Source: a bacterium UBP13_UBA5359 (lineage in GTDB: Bacteria > UBP13 > UBA5359). Taken from it: a stretch of DNA of 30,339 nt. The notes beneath the pieces were generated by a model. That model was not told where the DNA came from, ran no database searches, and worked only from the letters and a program-made list of their open reading frames with translations. Below, piece by piece: positions 1-10,213 of this stretch; the stretch's first letter is position 1, and the number at the start of each line of letters is the position of its first letter. The stretch covers positions 62,001-92,339 of the forward strand of contig DHPR01000029.1 in assembly GCA_002410925.1 (NCBI GenBank), read 5' to 3'. A program made the translations under genes and the position numbers.

Positions 1-392
1 TATCTGCACCGGGTGCTTAAAAAATAAGGTGAGCAGTAAAAGCATTGCATCTCCTAATATAATTGTTGCCGTTCCGTTCACCAGCCCTCCGTATCTGAAA
101 CTAGCTCTTCTGCTCAATACGGTATAAAATGCCCAGCAAATGCCTGAGCAAAGAGCCAGAAGAACAGCCAGAAATCCTGCTGCAAAGCTCTCTTTATTTC
201 CGGCAGCTTTCCCTGAACGGCAAGAACTATTAACAGGAAAAGACTCGCCAGAAAAAATCTTAAAAAAGTAAAGAACACGGGAGCTACCGTATGGTTTCCA
301 AACAGAACCCGGCCGACTATATAAAAGCTCCCCCATAAGATTACTGAGCCCAACCCGTAGAAAAAGCCAAGCAGGCTTTTATTCTGCATCAT
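1..392 (-). pseudogene. EamA/DMT-family transporter, internally deleted and frameshifted; runs off window edge
   Basis: N-terminus (GLGSVILWGSFYIVGR...TFLRFFLAS) is a typical first EamA repeat. After about residue 80 a different frame reads LALCSGICWAFYTVLSRRASFRYGGL..., the start of a second EamA repeat, and stays open to position 1. Confidence 0.75.
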
Positions 393-1176
393 ACAGATAT
401 GCCCTGAGCAGATTCATATTGGCTATTTTCTGGAAGTTATCGCTAGTATAGATTATGCTTCTTTCATCTACCTTCCTTACTCCGGGTATCAGACACATCT
501 TCGATACTGTCTGGGTCGTGGTAAACTCTACTCTATAGTCATAGGGTGCTTTAAGGGTAAAGGGCTTTATCTCGTTTATTCTCTCTACCGCTCTTTTAGC
601 TCCTTCCCTGATCAATTCACAGGCCTTCTCGGGATGCAAACTTATGGCCTGATACTTATTGATGCCTTCTTTTACGGTTACAGTCTCCATGCTATCCACC
701 AGGGCTTTGGCCTCTTGCGTTGCCTCGGCATCTCCGGTAAGCAGGATTACCGGCACCTTCATGTTGCCGGCATAGGCCATCTCGAAGCCCAGTTCGCCTA
801 CTGCAATTCCGTTAAGATAGGTGTTAAAGATGGCGCTGTTCCCGGTATGGTTCAATACTCCTGTCCCTACACCGGCCCGGGCATGCTGGCCAACTATAAA
901 GACACCGTCTATCGACTCATCCAGACCGGGCAGATATGAGGCTACGCCTCCGGATAAGACAAGCTTCACTTCCTTATCCAGCTTATCTATAATCACCTTA
1001 TGGCTCTCCGCCACTATTATCTCTTCCGCTCCGCCGCTGCGTGCGCCGTCTATAGCTGCCTGTATCTCTGCCGTCATCCACTCTGTAGCTCTCGTATCTG
1101 AAGATCTTTCCTGGTGTGAATCCCAGTTAACTACACCGGCAACGCCTTCCAAATCTGTAATTATATATATCTTCAT
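379..1176 (-). CDS. M55-family metallopeptidase (D-aminopeptidase DppA-like)
   Basis: MKIYIITDLEGVAGV N-terminal DxEG motif, ESH, VGQHARAG...LNHT, GELG, TGD; 265 aa is the usual family length; GGAGAGG RBS. Confidence 0.92.
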   Translation of the reverse strand: MKIYIITDLEGVAGVVNWDSHQERSSDTRATEWMTAEIQAAIDGARSGGAEEIIVAESHKVIIDKLDKEVKLVLSGGVASYLPGLDESIDGVFIVGQHARAGVGTGVLNHTGNSAIFNTYLNGIAVGELGFEMAYAGNMKVPVILLTGDAEATQEAKALVDSMETVTVKEGINKYQAISLHPEKACELIREGAKRAVERINEIKPFTLKAPYDYRVEFTTTQTVSKMCLIPGVRKVDERSIIYTSDNFQKIANMNLLRAYLYDAE

Positions 1177-1187
1177 TTACCCTCTCC

Positions 1188-3527
1188 TCACCCGAATTCA
1201 ATATCCAGCGCTATTTTTTTGCCTGTCATCCGGTAAATTACTTTGCCTACTTTATTGTTCCATTCCCAGCCAGGGGTTTCTATGCCATCGATTTTAACCG
1301 TTTTAGGACTCTGTGGTGCATAAAAATCCAGTTCGGCTTCCTGATTTATTGGTCCTTCTGTGATTACTTTGAGAGTAGCCGACATTATCTGCTCGCTGCA
1401 GGGATGGGTATTGTGCCGGACATATGCTGCATCGGGGCTATGTTCCTTTAGACGATACACTCTATATTGATAGCCGCTAAGTGTCTCTTTTATCCCTTTT
1501 TGCTGAATATCTTTGTCTTCTATTATAGCCGGATACCCACCTAGGCTATCCACTAGAAGGTATGACGCATTACTTGCCCAGCCCAGTTTGGTCATATCCA
1601 ATCGCCAGCTAAACATAGTATCTGTGCAACCTGGATTAGACAGCACTATCAAGGCTTCCTTATCATTATAGTAAAGCGCTCCCTGCGCACCTTTGCCTAT
1701 TATCTCCAGCAAGTTCTGCCGGTAATCAAGGAAACGATAGTGCGTCAGATCAAAAGCGCGGAATCCGGCAAACAAATCCAAGACGCTCTTATAGCCGCCA
1801 TAAGCCGGATAGGTGAAAACTCCCTGTAGCACACACTTGGAGATAAAATTATCCATCGCTTTTTCAAAGATAGATTTATCACCTCTATGGCTGATATCGG
1901 ATTGGAAGCAGGCTCCGCTATCTGCGCGTGAAATAATGGTCGGGCAAATAATATGAGCGGAGGCATTCATATACTGACAATGAGGGGTAAAGCCTTCCAG
2001 TGCCGGCACATCCATAGTTATAAAGCGCTCTCCATCCAACTCTTCCATTGTTAAAACGGCATCGCAAAAGTTCTCTATTATTACTGACGGCACTGTGGAT
2101 TGGTGAATAGCCAACACTCCTTCTTTGCCAACGGCTCTCCTGGTCCATTCGGTCATTTCGATAAAATCATCGATCATATTGTGCTCGCCATCGCTGTGGG
2201 CTGGATTATTGCAATAATGATACTCGTAACAATCGTAATAGATGCCATCGAATTTATGGTTTGCCAATACCTTCTTTATCAGGCTCTTAAGATAGTCTTT
2301 AAAGCCTGACTGCAGGCAGGTGGGGATTACCACTCCGGTATCCGGCGCATCCCTACTACTGTCAAAATGTGCGCCCATCGAGGACTGGGCCGCCCTGCCG
2401 CTGCTGTCAACGCTGCGCTTCCACTCGTCGATATGCTTGAAACCAGGGGCATTCGAATGAAGGTCGCTTGAGAAATAATTAATCACCTTCAACCCGTAGG
2501 TGTGCGCGGTGTCTATTACTCTGTCCAATTCCTGCATGCCTTCTGCATCGTAAGGAGGATAACAGCCGCGATGCCAATAATTGCCGTCGGCTAGGCCGTC
2601 ACAGTTATGCAACCTTAGTATATTCACTCCGGCATAGGCCCACGCTCTGATCTGCTCATCACTCGGCCAGGGATGGTTATTTATGCCGACATGCATGTAT
2701 TTCTGTTTGGATTCAGCGGTAATATTGGGCAATCCCAGATACGAGATATAGGAGAATTCCCCTTCGGGCCTTATCGGATAATGGCAACAAAAATAAGGCT
2801 CCATCAAAATGACTAGCCTGGCGGGATCGGCCACCCGATGCATGGTAAAACGGCTTAGGCCGTTCTCTCCGGTCAATTGCTTCTCCCATTTATCTATCTC
2901 GGAATTGGGAAATGTCTCTATGCCTTCCACTCCTCGCTTAAAGGCGGCCAGATAATTGGGTGCATAGCGGTCGGTAAACAGAGGATTATAGGCTTCATCT
3001 GCCTTGCCCCATTCTACCGGACAGTTCTTAAGCCAGGCATGAAAGTTCTTGCCCACTTCATTATGATGTGAATGGCGGTAGGCATATTCATCGAGCTCCG
3101 GGATCAGCTCAAGTGAGCCTACTCCCACAATGTGAATATCTTCCTCAATATCCTGGCAGGTAAAACTCCTGATGCACTTTATATATTCGTTATGATATTC
3201 ATAAACATAATCATATTTCACCGGCAAAGGTCTGCCGTCTTCCCGATACAGCTTCCCTCTTGTTCTTATCTTTTTGCAATCTGAAGTATCTTCTAAAATA
3301 TTTACCCGCGGTTGTTTTTCATTTTTATCCTGATAGCTGAACTTCTTGTATACGGAAAAATAGGAAGTAATGGGGGAAACTAGGATGTTTCTGTTGGAAC
3401 CATGCAAAAACTTGATTCGAGCTATGCAACCTCCCTGGTGCAAATCATGCTTCACTTCCCAACAACCGTTGCTGATAACTACATGCTCTCTATCTTTGGC
3501 TAAGGACAAATTCTCTTTGTAATACAC
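1188..3527 (-). CDS. Large putative glycoside-hydrolase-like (TIM-barrel) protein
   Basis: Long ORF within the operon; LDRVIDTAHTYGLKVINYFS and FDGIYYD segments are typical of GH TIM barrels. Start placed at GTG 3527 behind AAGGGGGAG instead of ATG 3572. Confidence 0.6.
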   Translation of the reverse strand: MYYKENLSLAKDREHVVISNGCWEVKHDLHQGGCIARIKFLHGSNRNILVSPITSYFSVYKKFSYQDKNEKQPRVNILEDTSDCKKIRTRGKLYREDGRPLPVKYDYVYEYHNEYIKCIRSFTCQDIEEDIHIVGVGSLELIPELDEYAYRHSHHNEVGKNFHAWLKNCPVEWGKADEAYNPLFTDRYAPNYLAAFKRGVEGIETFPNSEIDKWEKQLTGENGLSRFTMHRVADPARLVILMEPYFCCHYPIRPEGEFSYISYLGLPNITAESKQKYMHVGINNHPWPSDEQIRAWAYAGVNILRLHNCDGLADGNYWHRGCYPPYDAEGMQELDRVIDTAHTYGLKVINYFSSDLHSNAPGFKHIDEWKRSVDSSGRAAQSSMGAHFDSSRDAPDTGVVIPTCLQSGFKDYLKSLIKKVLANHKFDGIYYDCYEYHYCNNPAHSDGEHNMIDDFIEMTEWTRRAVGKEGVLAIHQSTVPSVIIENFCDAVLTMEELDGERFITMDVPALEGFTPHCQYMNASAHIICPTIISRADSGACFQSDISHRGDKSIFEKAMDNFISKCVLQGVFTYPAYGGYKSVLDLFAGFRAFDLTHYRFLDYRQNLLEIIGKGAQGALYYNDKEALIVLSNPGCTDTMFSWRLDMTKLGWASNASYLLVDSLGGYPAIIEDKDIQQKGIKETLSGYQYRVYRLKEHSPDAAYVRHNTHPCSEQIMSATLKVITEGPINQEAELDFYAPQSPKTVKIDGIETPGWEWNNKVGKVIYRMTGKKIALDIEFG

Positions 3528-3583
3528 TGCTCTCCCCCTTCTACATGCTTTAATTAAATGTTGTTGACCCATTTTGGGGCTGT

Positions 3584-4954
3584 CTAGCGATTAGTAACAA
3601 ACATGTTATTCTGATTGTTGTACATTGCCTTCGGCCAGACAAGAGCTTTGGGCTCGCAGGCACCGGTAAACTTGACCAGAAAAGCCTTGTTATAGGCATT
3701 GTAATAGGTAACAATCGCATCCATAAATCCATCGCCGCTGATATCGCCTATTACCGGCCCAGCAATAAGATTACGATTACCAAACAGAACCCTGGGATAC
3801 CCTTCGACGTATTCTCCGCTGTAACGCCACAAATGCAGCTTGCCATCTCTGCTGTTACCCATCAGTTCCAGCTTGTTGTCACCATCCGTATCCACAAGGA
3901 CAATACTTCTGTCTATCCAACTGCTGGTCAATTCCTGAGGCCATCCCGGCAATGTGCTACCATCGCTTTTAATGATATGTATTGCTCCATTACCGGCATA
4001 GCTGCCTCCTTTTCGCTTTATAAGATTAGCTACTATTTCCAGCTTCTTATCGTTGTCAATATCAGCTAATGAAACTTTAATATTTCCTTCACCAAGCTCC
4101 CTGGGTTTCTCCCAGCCTGCCAGCGGCCATAACGTTTGCGCATCCCAGATGTAAATCCTGCCTTTATTGGTACCGGCTACTATCTGCCGACTGCCATCGT
4201 TATTAACATCCGCTACGGCGCAACTTTCAATGCTCTCTTCCTGGAAAATCTTTACCGGCCAAAGGGAGCTTCCGTCTGCCTGCCAGCCGTATAATCTACG
4301 AGAAGCTGTCCAGGCAATCATCTCATTTTTGCCATCTTCGTTAACATCGCCAACAGCTACGCCCGCACAACGTCCGAATATCTCTCTGGGCCAGCCACTT
4401 ATTACCAAACCATCAAAGCCATATACGTAAAGTTTGTCAGGATTTGTGGTCGCAACAATAATCTCCTGTTTGCCATCTCCATTGACATCGGCAATAACAG
4501 GAGCCATACAGGGAAGGGCCTTTTCCGGCATAGTAACCGGCCAGCCGGGAAGGTAATCACCCTTGTAATCCAAAAGATGAACCTTGCCGGGCCCCTGCCA
4601 GCCGCTGGCAAAGCATAGCTCCTGCTTGCCATCGCCATTGAAGTCTGCTACTGCCGGACCTTCGTTGTTGACCATTGAATTACTGTTATCGTCAAAAATA
4701 GATTTGGGCCATCCCGGTAACGATTTGCCGGTATCATTGAATACATAAATCCTTGCTTCATCCTGTTTTGTTGCCAGTGTAGCAATCACTACTTCATTCT
4801 TGCCGTCTCCGTTGATATCAGCAATCAGCGGGTCGGCACTAACCGCTGCAAACACCTCTACCGGCCAATCAGCCCTGGCAACTACCGGTTTTAGATTCAG
4901 AGCTGCAAAGAGCGCCAATAAGCACAATGCCTTCAATATTCTCACCATTTGCAA
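3584..4954 (-). CDS. Secreted FG-GAP/VCBS-repeat beta-propeller protein
   Basis: Signal-peptide-like N-terminus; about eight D-x-N/D-G-D-G-x-x-E/D Ca-binding repeats alternating with LPGWP motifs. Confidence 0.9.
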   Translation of the reverse strand: MQMVRILKALCLLALFAALNLKPVVARADWPVEVFAAVSADPLIADINGDGKNEVVIATLATKQDEARIYVFNDTGKSLPGWPKSIFDDNSNSMVNNEGPAVADFNGDGKQELCFASGWQGPGKVHLLDYKGDYLPGWPVTMPEKALPCMAPVIADVNGDGKQEIIVATTNPDKLYVYGFDGLVISGWPREIFGRCAGVAVGDVNEDGKNEMIAWTASRRLYGWQADGSSLWPVKIFQEESIESCAVADVNNDGSRQIVAGTNKGRIYIWDAQTLWPLAGWEKPRELGEGNIKVSLADIDNDKKLEIVANLIKRKGGSYAGNGAIHIIKSDGSTLPGWPQELTSSWIDRSIVLVDTDGDNKLELMGNSRDGKLHLWRYSGEYVEGYPRVLFGNRNLIAGPVIGDISGDGFMDAIVTYYNAYNKAFLVKFTGACEPKALVWPKAMYNNQNNMFVTNR

Positions 4955-4990
4955 TCGCCTCCTATTTTACTTTAATATGCCCTGCATCAA

Positions 4991-7957
4991 TTACTTGCCT
5001 TGTATCGCCGGCTCATCATAAGGAGCTATGACAAGAATCTCATGCTCATAGCGCCGTTTTTTCTCGCCGACGGTATTCCACCAGGCTCTTGTAATAGTAT
5101 CTATATATCCGGCATCCTCCTGAGAGAAAGACGACAGATCGAACTTATCCGGCAAAGCCAGCTTTTCATCGTTATCTGCGGTAATAGTTACAGGAATGCC
5201 GCTCGCTATATCCTCGGTTTTCCAGTGCCCTGTCTTGCCCCAGAAATCTCCCGGCCGTGATAGCTCCATGCCTTTGCCTAGCATTAAAACCCGATAACCT
5301 TTTTTGTTTAAGCCTAGCTTCTTTAAATCTACGGTCACTACTCCTCTGGCAGGAAAAGAATCTGCATAGAGGGAAACGGCCACCCAATTGCCTTTCTTCA
5401 AGGTAGTCATAATCTTCAAGCCACCTGTTGTAGTGATGGCAGGGTCTGTCTGCTCCTTAATCAGGGAAGATATATACGCCTCTATCTCTTTGTTGTTTCG
5501 CCCCAACTCTCTGGCTATATCAAAGTGGATACCGATAACTTTGCCCTTGCCTAAAACGCAAGATGTCACTGCCGGCATTTCTGTACTGCCAAAACCGGCC
5601 AAAGCATTGGCTTCCAGGGAAATAATATCCACCTGACGAATAGTAGCTTTGCTGCTCAGCTTTACCTCTTTGCCTTTATATGTCAATGCCGCTACTTCTA
5701 TGCTTTTATCAGAATATCCGATGCCTGCCAAATCCGCGGTCTTGTCTTGCTTCCGGGTAAGATCTGGAAGAGAAACAGAGCAGTTGCCGAGCATAACCAG
5801 AGTTCCACCTGCCTTGACATATCTCTCTACGGCGGCAAAAGTTTCCTGGGGAATCCCTCTTAAGGCATAAGTTGGAGCAAGCAGAAGCTTATAGTTCTTG
5901 TAGTACTCTCTGGCGCCCACTAGCAACATATCCACATCTTGCCCAAAGGAGAGCTTGTCAGCTATTTGAAGCTCCTGCAAAGCTGCTTCCGGAGCGCCAT
6001 TTCCCAGTAGCATCTGCAGGCTATTCTGGTTATGCAATACCGCTACCCTGGCTAAATTTTCGCTGTTTGCCCATTCCCGCGTATTACAAATCAAACGCTG
6101 TAATTGGGCTAATCCGTTGGGATTGTTACCGAACGTCAATCTTCGGATTTGATTATCTACAAAATGCATACTTGCACTGTGCCCTCTCAAGGATACAGTG
6201 TTATAATATCCCCATGTATTACCGACATGTCCTCCCACCAGGGCATTGGGGTAGACATAGCAAGGCTCACAATAATCTGCAGAGGCTACATAGTAATAAT
6301 CTGCCCCCAGGTGAGTAAAAGCCTCGTTATCTATCCCGTAGCTCCATCCATTATTCAATCGAGCCGTCGGCCTTAATTCCACGATTATTCCCAGCTTTTT
6401 ACCATGACAATAATCCGCCAGGTCCTTTATGAAGCCTGTATTGGCGTGATTCTTAAATAAAATATACCTGCGCCACCATTTATCCGATGGGTCTACCCAG
6501 GCAACTTTTTTAGCCAGTTTGTCGCTTATATCGCCTGGCAGAGTTTCGCCGAAGTTCTCCTGACAAAACCTGTTAAAAAGCGATATGTCATCCCCATGAA
6601 AATCGATACAATTGAAAAATAGCTCGTCGTAATAAATACCTTTGAAATTGCCATAAACATTGTACTTGACGGCATATTCATCGATCAATGCATGACAAAG
6701 CCGGCGGTAATCAGAAGACAGAACGTCCACCATATTATTATAAGAGGGATGAACGTATTTTTTTCCTTGCTGATCACAGGCAGCCATGTTGTCAGGCACT
6801 GCACCCGGATGCCACATTACCCAGACATCAAGCCCCTCGTCCCTAGCTATCTTTAGCATATCCAACAGTGGGTCTGAGCTCCTCTTTTCAAATCCATAGG
6901 CTATTTCTATACCCGGAAACCTAGCAGGAATATCGGTATGATGACCAATTCCGCTTTTTAAATCACAGCCATAGACTATGTCGGTTACGCCCAGCCATTT
7001 CAGTTGACGCAGGTAAACCCTCATCTGTTCTCTGTCCATATATCTGCCGATAAATCCTACATCATGAAAAAGAAAGAATTTGCCATCTGCCTTGATTGCA
7101 GGCTGCCTTATCAGAAAGCTCCCTCGCAACATATCATCGAAAAACCAGGAAGAATTCGCTGAGGAAGGACTCTCCGTTAATTGCATCTCAGCAATCTCAG
7201 CAAGATATAGCTTCTTTCTCTTATTCAGTTCTTCCCCGGCAAACTTGGTAACAGGCTTCTCTCCCAGCCAGGAAACAGCATTTAACAATACTTTCAGTTC
7301 TTCATCTTTGGGAGCACCCTCTCCCTGACGCTGCGTATCAAGCTCCGACCAGTACCCGGTAATAGATCCATTGGCCACTACCCGGCCATAACCTATTTCG
7401 CCAATTATTACTGCCGGTGTACCTTCTTTATCTTCAACAATGACAGTCCCCTTCGGCCCTTTGCCAAGGACAATATGGTCATAATATGCATGAGTATATT
7501 CTCGTGATATATTACGCAACAACGGATGCCTGGTGTCAAAAAGAGGAACCAGGGTACTCATTCTCGTAACTCTGATACCCCGGCAGACATCCGGAAACAA
7601 CGGCTCTTTCCAATCACGATATCCACAGGCATCGTGATGCAGGAGAGCGCTACCGCCGATATTTACATAATTTCTGATCGATTGAACACTCCTTTGCTCC
7701 ATCCCCTTAAGGCTGCCGATAACCAAAACATCATATCTTAAGAGGTTATCTAAAGTTAGCCTCGTGCTCTTGACCATCTCTACCTGTAGGTCTTTTTCTC
7801 CCTTTAAACCCTCATAGATACCCTTTGCCCCGGCACTGTTTTCATAGATGCCTACGTTTATCTGAGCAAAGGTACAGTGACTGAAGAATCCAAAAAAGAA
7901 TAAAACTATAATCTGGTTTACTACTATTCGCTTGAACACCTTTATCAGCCTCCTCAA
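4991..7957 (-). CDS. Secreted multi-domain carbohydrate-active-like protein (ThuA/GATase-like domain, TIM barrel, beta-galactosidase trimerisation-like domain)
   Basis: Signal peptide; LLRYDVLVIG...YVNIGGSALL..D GATase-like domain; central FKGIYYDE; C-terminal ARVAVL...YKLLLAP...YVKAGGTLV...GKGKVI as in GH42-type trimerisation domains. Confidence 0.6.
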   Translation of the reverse strand: MRRLIKVFKRIVVNQIIVLFFFGFFSHCTFAQINVGIYENSAGAKGIYEGLKGEKDLQVEMVKSTRLTLDNLLRYDVLVIGSLKGMEQRSVQSIRNYVNIGGSALLHHDACGYRDWKEPLFPDVCRGIRVTRMSTLVPLFDTRHPLLRNISREYTHAYYDHIVLGKGPKGTVIVEDKEGTPAVIIGEIGYGRVVANGSITGYWSELDTQRQGEGAPKDEELKVLLNAVSWLGEKPVTKFAGEELNKRKKLYLAEIAEMQLTESPSSANSSWFFDDMLRGSFLIRQPAIKADGKFFLFHDVGFIGRYMDREQMRVYLRQLKWLGVTDIVYGCDLKSGIGHHTDIPARFPGIEIAYGFEKRSSDPLLDMLKIARDEGLDVWVMWHPGAVPDNMAACDQQGKKYVHPSYNNMVDVLSSDYRRLCHALIDEYAVKYNVYGNFKGIYYDELFFNCIDFHGDDISLFNRFCQENFGETLPGDISDKLAKKVAWVDPSDKWWRRYILFKNHANTGFIKDLADYCHGKKLGIIVELRPTARLNNGWSYGIDNEAFTHLGADYYYVASADYCEPCYVYPNALVGGHVGNTWGYYNTVSLRGHSASMHFVDNQIRRLTFGNNPNGLAQLQRLICNTREWANSENLARVAVLHNQNSLQMLLGNGAPEAALQELQIADKLSFGQDVDMLLVGAREYYKNYKLLLAPTYALRGIPQETFAAVERYVKAGGTLVMLGNCSVSLPDLTRKQDKTADLAGIGYSDKSIEVAALTYKGKEVKLSSKATIRQVDIISLEANALAGFGSTEMPAVTSCVLGKGKVIGIHFDIARELGRNNKEIEAYISSLIKEQTDPAITTTGGLKIMTTLKKGNWVAVSLYADSFPARGVVTVDLKKLGLNKKGYRVLMLGKGMELSRPGDFWGKTGHWKTEDIASGIPVTITADNDEKLALPDKFDLSSFSQEDAGYIDTITRAWWNTVGEKKRRYEHEILVIAPYDEPAIQGK

Positions 7958-7977
7958 AGTTACTTCATCAAATTAGT

Positions 7978-8634
7978 TTAATAAATTAATCCGCCATTAA
8001 ACCACTTGGATCCTTCAGGTGGTGAGCCACTAGCGGCTTTTATGGTAGGCCTTTTCCAGGCAACATGGCTATCGGCAAAGAGAACGTTGACTCCTCCGGA
8101 ATGCCGGCTATAAGGGAATCTTTTGCTCGTTTCGTAGATATAGTTGCTGGTTGGAGGATTGTAGGTTATCCAGGAAGTATTATTCCCTGCGGCATATTCA
8201 TTATCTACTACCAGCAAAGTATGAGAAGGAGCCTCCAATCCGGATAGTGTATTTGATGAGTTGACGTTTTCAGCTATTCTGCCGTTGAAGGCATAGCTTA
8301 AATTTCGATATAACGGCACTCCAGGATAAGGTAAGGAGGACGGGCAGTAGTAAGCGGTTGCTCTCTCTCCCATTCCCCATTTCATATCAAGATAAGGCAT
8401 CAACTGAACATCCCATTCATTGTTAAGTCCATTTTTATAGCAACATAAAGTATCCTCCCAATCCTGGCAATACATAACAATAGCTGCACCTATCTGCTTT
8501 AAATTATTGACGCATGTCGCTTGCCTGGCCTTCTCCCTGGCCCGGCCGAATACCGGGAAAAGGATAGCGGCTAACAACGCGATGATAGCAATTACCACCA
8601 GTAGTTCAATCAGTGTAAAACCTCTTCTTTTCAT
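7978..8634 (-). CDS. DUF1559-family protein with prepilin-type N-terminal cleavage/methylation motif and H-X9-DG-like C-terminal motif
   Basis: [49 protein letters not shown] and [15 protein letters not shown]. Confidence 0.95.
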   Translation of the reverse strand: MKRRGFTLIELLVVIAIIALLAAILFPVFGRAREKARQATCVNNLKQIGAAIVMYCQDWEDTLCCYKNGLNNEWDVQLMPYLDMKWGMGERATAYYCPSSLPYPGVPLYRNLSYAFNGRIAENVNSSNTLSGLEAPSHTLLVVDNEYAAGNNTSWITYNPPTSNYIYETSKRFPYSRHSGGVNVLFADSHVAWKRPTIKAASGSPPEGSKWFNGGLIY

Positions 8635-8671
8635 GACTTACCCCCCTGCTCTTTATTCATTACTTCAGCAG

Positions 8672-9778
8672 TCAGACCAGGACAACCTCTGCCTGCCTGT
8701 CGTCCAACCGGCTATCCACGATTATATCCTCCAGCAAGGGCATCCGGCCGGCAATCATATCCATCAATATTTCCGTCGCCTTAAAGCCTATATCGAAGAG
8801 CGGAATACGCACTGTGGGAAGTTTAGGCCTCATCGGTACCTTCTCCAGAAAACCGCCTACAGCCAGAAGTTCCATATCATGAGGAACAGAAAGGCCGCTC
8901 TTTATGACCGCATCAAGCACGCCGTAAGCCACATATTCATCGTCGGCAATTACGGCATCAGGCAAGCAGCCCCTCTTCAAGAGATCCTCCATGGTCTGCC
9001 GTCCCGCCTCAAAGGAGTATGGGCATCTTAGCACCATCTCATCCTTCAACTTCATGCCGACTTCATCCAGCGCCCTGTCGGCGCCTCTTTTTATCATCCC
9101 AAATATGGCATCCCAGGGACTGCCTACGAGGGCGATTTTTTTTCTGCCTCTGCGCAGCATATCCCTAACCGCTTGATGTACAGGCCTATCCAGGCCGTAA
9201 GAAATCATGTACGGGCTTATCGAGGCAAACCGCCTGTTCATAAAAACCACCGGTATATTCTTCTCTTTAAGAGGCTCGAGATGATCTTCCTCCATATAAG
9301 GAATCAAGGGGATCAGTACGCCAGAGCTGTTGATACCGGAAACCTTTTCCCATATCTCTTCACGACTCATTATATCAGGCTCAAGGAAGATGAATTCCAG
9401 GTACAAATTGGATTCAACCGTCTTTTCTATAACTCCTCTCAGGATTTGAGAAAAGGCCGGATGGCCGAGCAGATCGAGACCGCGTCTGACTATAAGAGTA
9501 ATGCTCTCCACTGATTCACGCGGACAGGCAGATTGAACAAAAACGCCCTTGCCCCATTCTCCTCTTAATATACCTTCATGCACCAGCTTGGCAATAGCTT
9601 TCTTGCAGGTGGTATCACTGACCTTATATATCAGCTTCAGCTGGCTCAGCGACGGTATGCTCTCTCCCACCGCTATAGCCCCGGAATTTATCAGGCCGAC
9701 AATTATCTCCTTTAGCTGGATGTATTTGGGGATATGGGAATTACCGTCGATTTTGCCTAAAGCCCATCTTGGCATCAT
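8672..9778 (-). CDS. GntR-HTH / LacI-type sugar-binding domain transcriptional regulator (AraR-like architecture)
   Basis: PKYIQLKE...GESIPS...VSDTTCKKAI..LVHEG...GKGVFV winged helix; C-terminal PDAVIADDEYVAYG...GLSVPHDM...LPTVR. Confidence 0.92.
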   Translation of the reverse strand: MMPRWALGKIDGNSHIPKYIQLKEIIVGLINSGAIAVGESIPSLSQLKLIYKVSDTTCKKAIAKLVHEGILRGEWGKGVFVQSACPRESVESITLIVRRGLDLLGHPAFSQILRGVIEKTVESNLYLEFIFLEPDIMSREEIWEKVSGINSSGVLIPLIPYMEEDHLEPLKEKNIPVVFMNRRFASISPYMISYGLDRPVHQAVRDMLRRGRKKIALVGSPWDAIFGMIKRGADRALDEVGMKLKDEMVLRCPYSFEAGRQTMEDLLKRGCLPDAVIADDEYVAYGVLDAVIKSGLSVPHDMELLAVGGFLEKVPMRPKLPTVRIPLFDIGFKATEILMDMIAGRMPLLEDIIVDSRLDDRQAEVVLV

Positions 9779-9810
9779 TTACTGATCTCCTTTATAAACT
9801 GTTGGTCTTT

Positions 9811-9855
9811 TGACATAAAGTTTACCACCAGCAAAACAACTTGTCAATTATGTCA
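9811..9855 (-). promoter_or_regulatory. Sigma70-type promoter of the catabolic operon, bracketed by inverted 8-bp half-sites
   Basis: Minus strand TTGACA (9847-9842), 17 nt, TAAACT (9824-9819) with extended TG; TGACATAA at 9811-9818 and TTATGTCA at 9848-9855. Confidence 0.75.
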
Positions 9856-10213
9856 CAGTTTAATAAAGGTTTGCTAAGCCGCAATCTGCCGGGTACAGCT
9901 GTGCTAAATGTAATCTCCTGGCTCCATTCTTCTGCTGCAAAAGCAGACCCTGGAGCATAATTTTTCCAGGACTCTGCTGATGCCTCTATTTTAGCCACTT
10001 TCCGTTACTTTTAATTCCTCTGATACAAAAACCATCCGTGTCCAGAGATCATGGCTGGTCAAAATGGGGCAAGGAGATAGATAATAGTTTTTCAAGGCGA
10101 TGCTCTGCCAAAGGCTGAAGCTCGTAGTGCCGGCAACCATATTTACATTATGCTTGCCAAACAATCTGAAGTTGGCCAGCGCCGTCTCGGAAGAAGTAAA
10201 ATCGATAATCACG

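Noticed and set aside
9991-10212. 73-aa ORF, and ORFs at 12874-13378
   Set aside because: No clear RBS or recognisable family, and several overlap the DUF2267 gene or each other.
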